Source of the DNA: Podarcis liolepis
Taxonomy: Eukaryota
Direction: 5' to 3' (one strand)
DNA: 64,000 nucleotides
Assembly (NCBI GenBank): GCA_965112155.1
Contig: OZ218105.1
Below the pieces are notes generated by a model. The model searched no databases. It worked only from the letters and a program-made list of their open reading frames with translations, and was not told the origin of the DNA. Shown piece after piece: positions 63,260 through 64,000 of this stretch. A program made the translations under genes and the position numbers. The number at the start of each line of letters is the position of its first letter. Positions within the stretch are counted from its first letter, which is position 1.

Positions 63260-63486
63260 CAGTGGTACCTTGGGTTACAGACGCTTCAGGTTCCTGACTC
63301 CACTAACCCAGAAATAGTAACTCGGGTTAAGAACATTGCTTTAGGATGAGAACAGAAATTGTGCTCCGGCGGCATGCCGGCATGTGTGATGCCCCATTAG
63401 CTAAAGTGGTGCTTCAGGTTAAGAACAGTTTCAGGTTAAGAACGGACCTCCAGAACGAATTAAGTACTCAACCCGAGGTACCACTG
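63260..63486 (-). mobile_element. 226-bp-family Tigger-like MITE
   Basis: TA|CAGTGGTACCTTGGGTT...AACCCGAGGTACCACTG|TA. Confidence 0.9.
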
Positions 63487-64000
63487 TATTGACTTCTCCA
63501 CACTTTATTTTGCGATCGGGAAGTCAGCGCAAGGCTGGAAGGGAACAGAGGTGGGACAGCTAAAATCACTATGAGCCTGTCCATATTATTGGCTTGAAAT
63601 GCAGTGAGGTCATTTCGCCCCTACTGTATTTCAAGCCATATTTGCTCACATCAGAGAGGGGGAACGGACGTGAAATGTCTGTTAGGGTATGTTCACATTA
63701 CCACTTACTCCGCATCAAGTTTTCTAATCAGATTGAAGCTGGTTTGAGGTGGGGAAACGCATCCCACAGCAATATTCGTTAAGAAGCTATAGGACCGATG
63801 TGTATTGTGTCTAACATGTGAATGGGGCTTACTAAAATTATCAGTGGGAGCACACTGGATGCGGAGAAAGTGATTTTGTGAATATACCCTGTATCTGTTT
63901 ATGTTACAAAGAGCATAGTTTGTATTTTTAATGTGTTTTCTCTGGTCGGAGTTAAGCACCCCTGCCACCTATTCACGGATTCCCTTGTGAAACACATTTG

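Overview
Vertebrate genomic DNA, almost certainly a squamate and probably a lacertid lizard, judged from Sauria-type SINEs plus CR1, L2, RTE-BovB, L1 and Penelope fragments. The only supportable gene is PHLPP1 on the minus strand. It shows a CpG-island promoter (~61270-61700), a GC-rich leader with two uORFs, and coding exon 1 (ATG 61013 to splice donor 59387). Positions 59386 to 1 appear to be part of a very large intron 1; I did not see exon 2. The intron is dense with non-autonomous DNA transposons (hAT-type with 8-bp TSDs, Tc1/mariner-type with TA TSDs), SINEs and LINE 3' ends, often nested. Four observations stand out. (1) A minimal hammerhead-ribozyme-like motif lies in a Penelope-like fragment, in sense orientation ~400 nt into intron 1. 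(2) A Tc2-like MITE family has an interior made of hairpins that keep their structure while changing sequence. (3) Two uORFs and competing hairpins, built from a thrice-repeated motif, surround the PHLPP1 start codon. (4) A palindromic MITE family scatters the same ACTAYRNNNCCCR (ZNF143/THAP11-type) motif that the promoter carries. Family names come from recalled sequence signatures, not database searches. Degenerate element boundaries are approximate.
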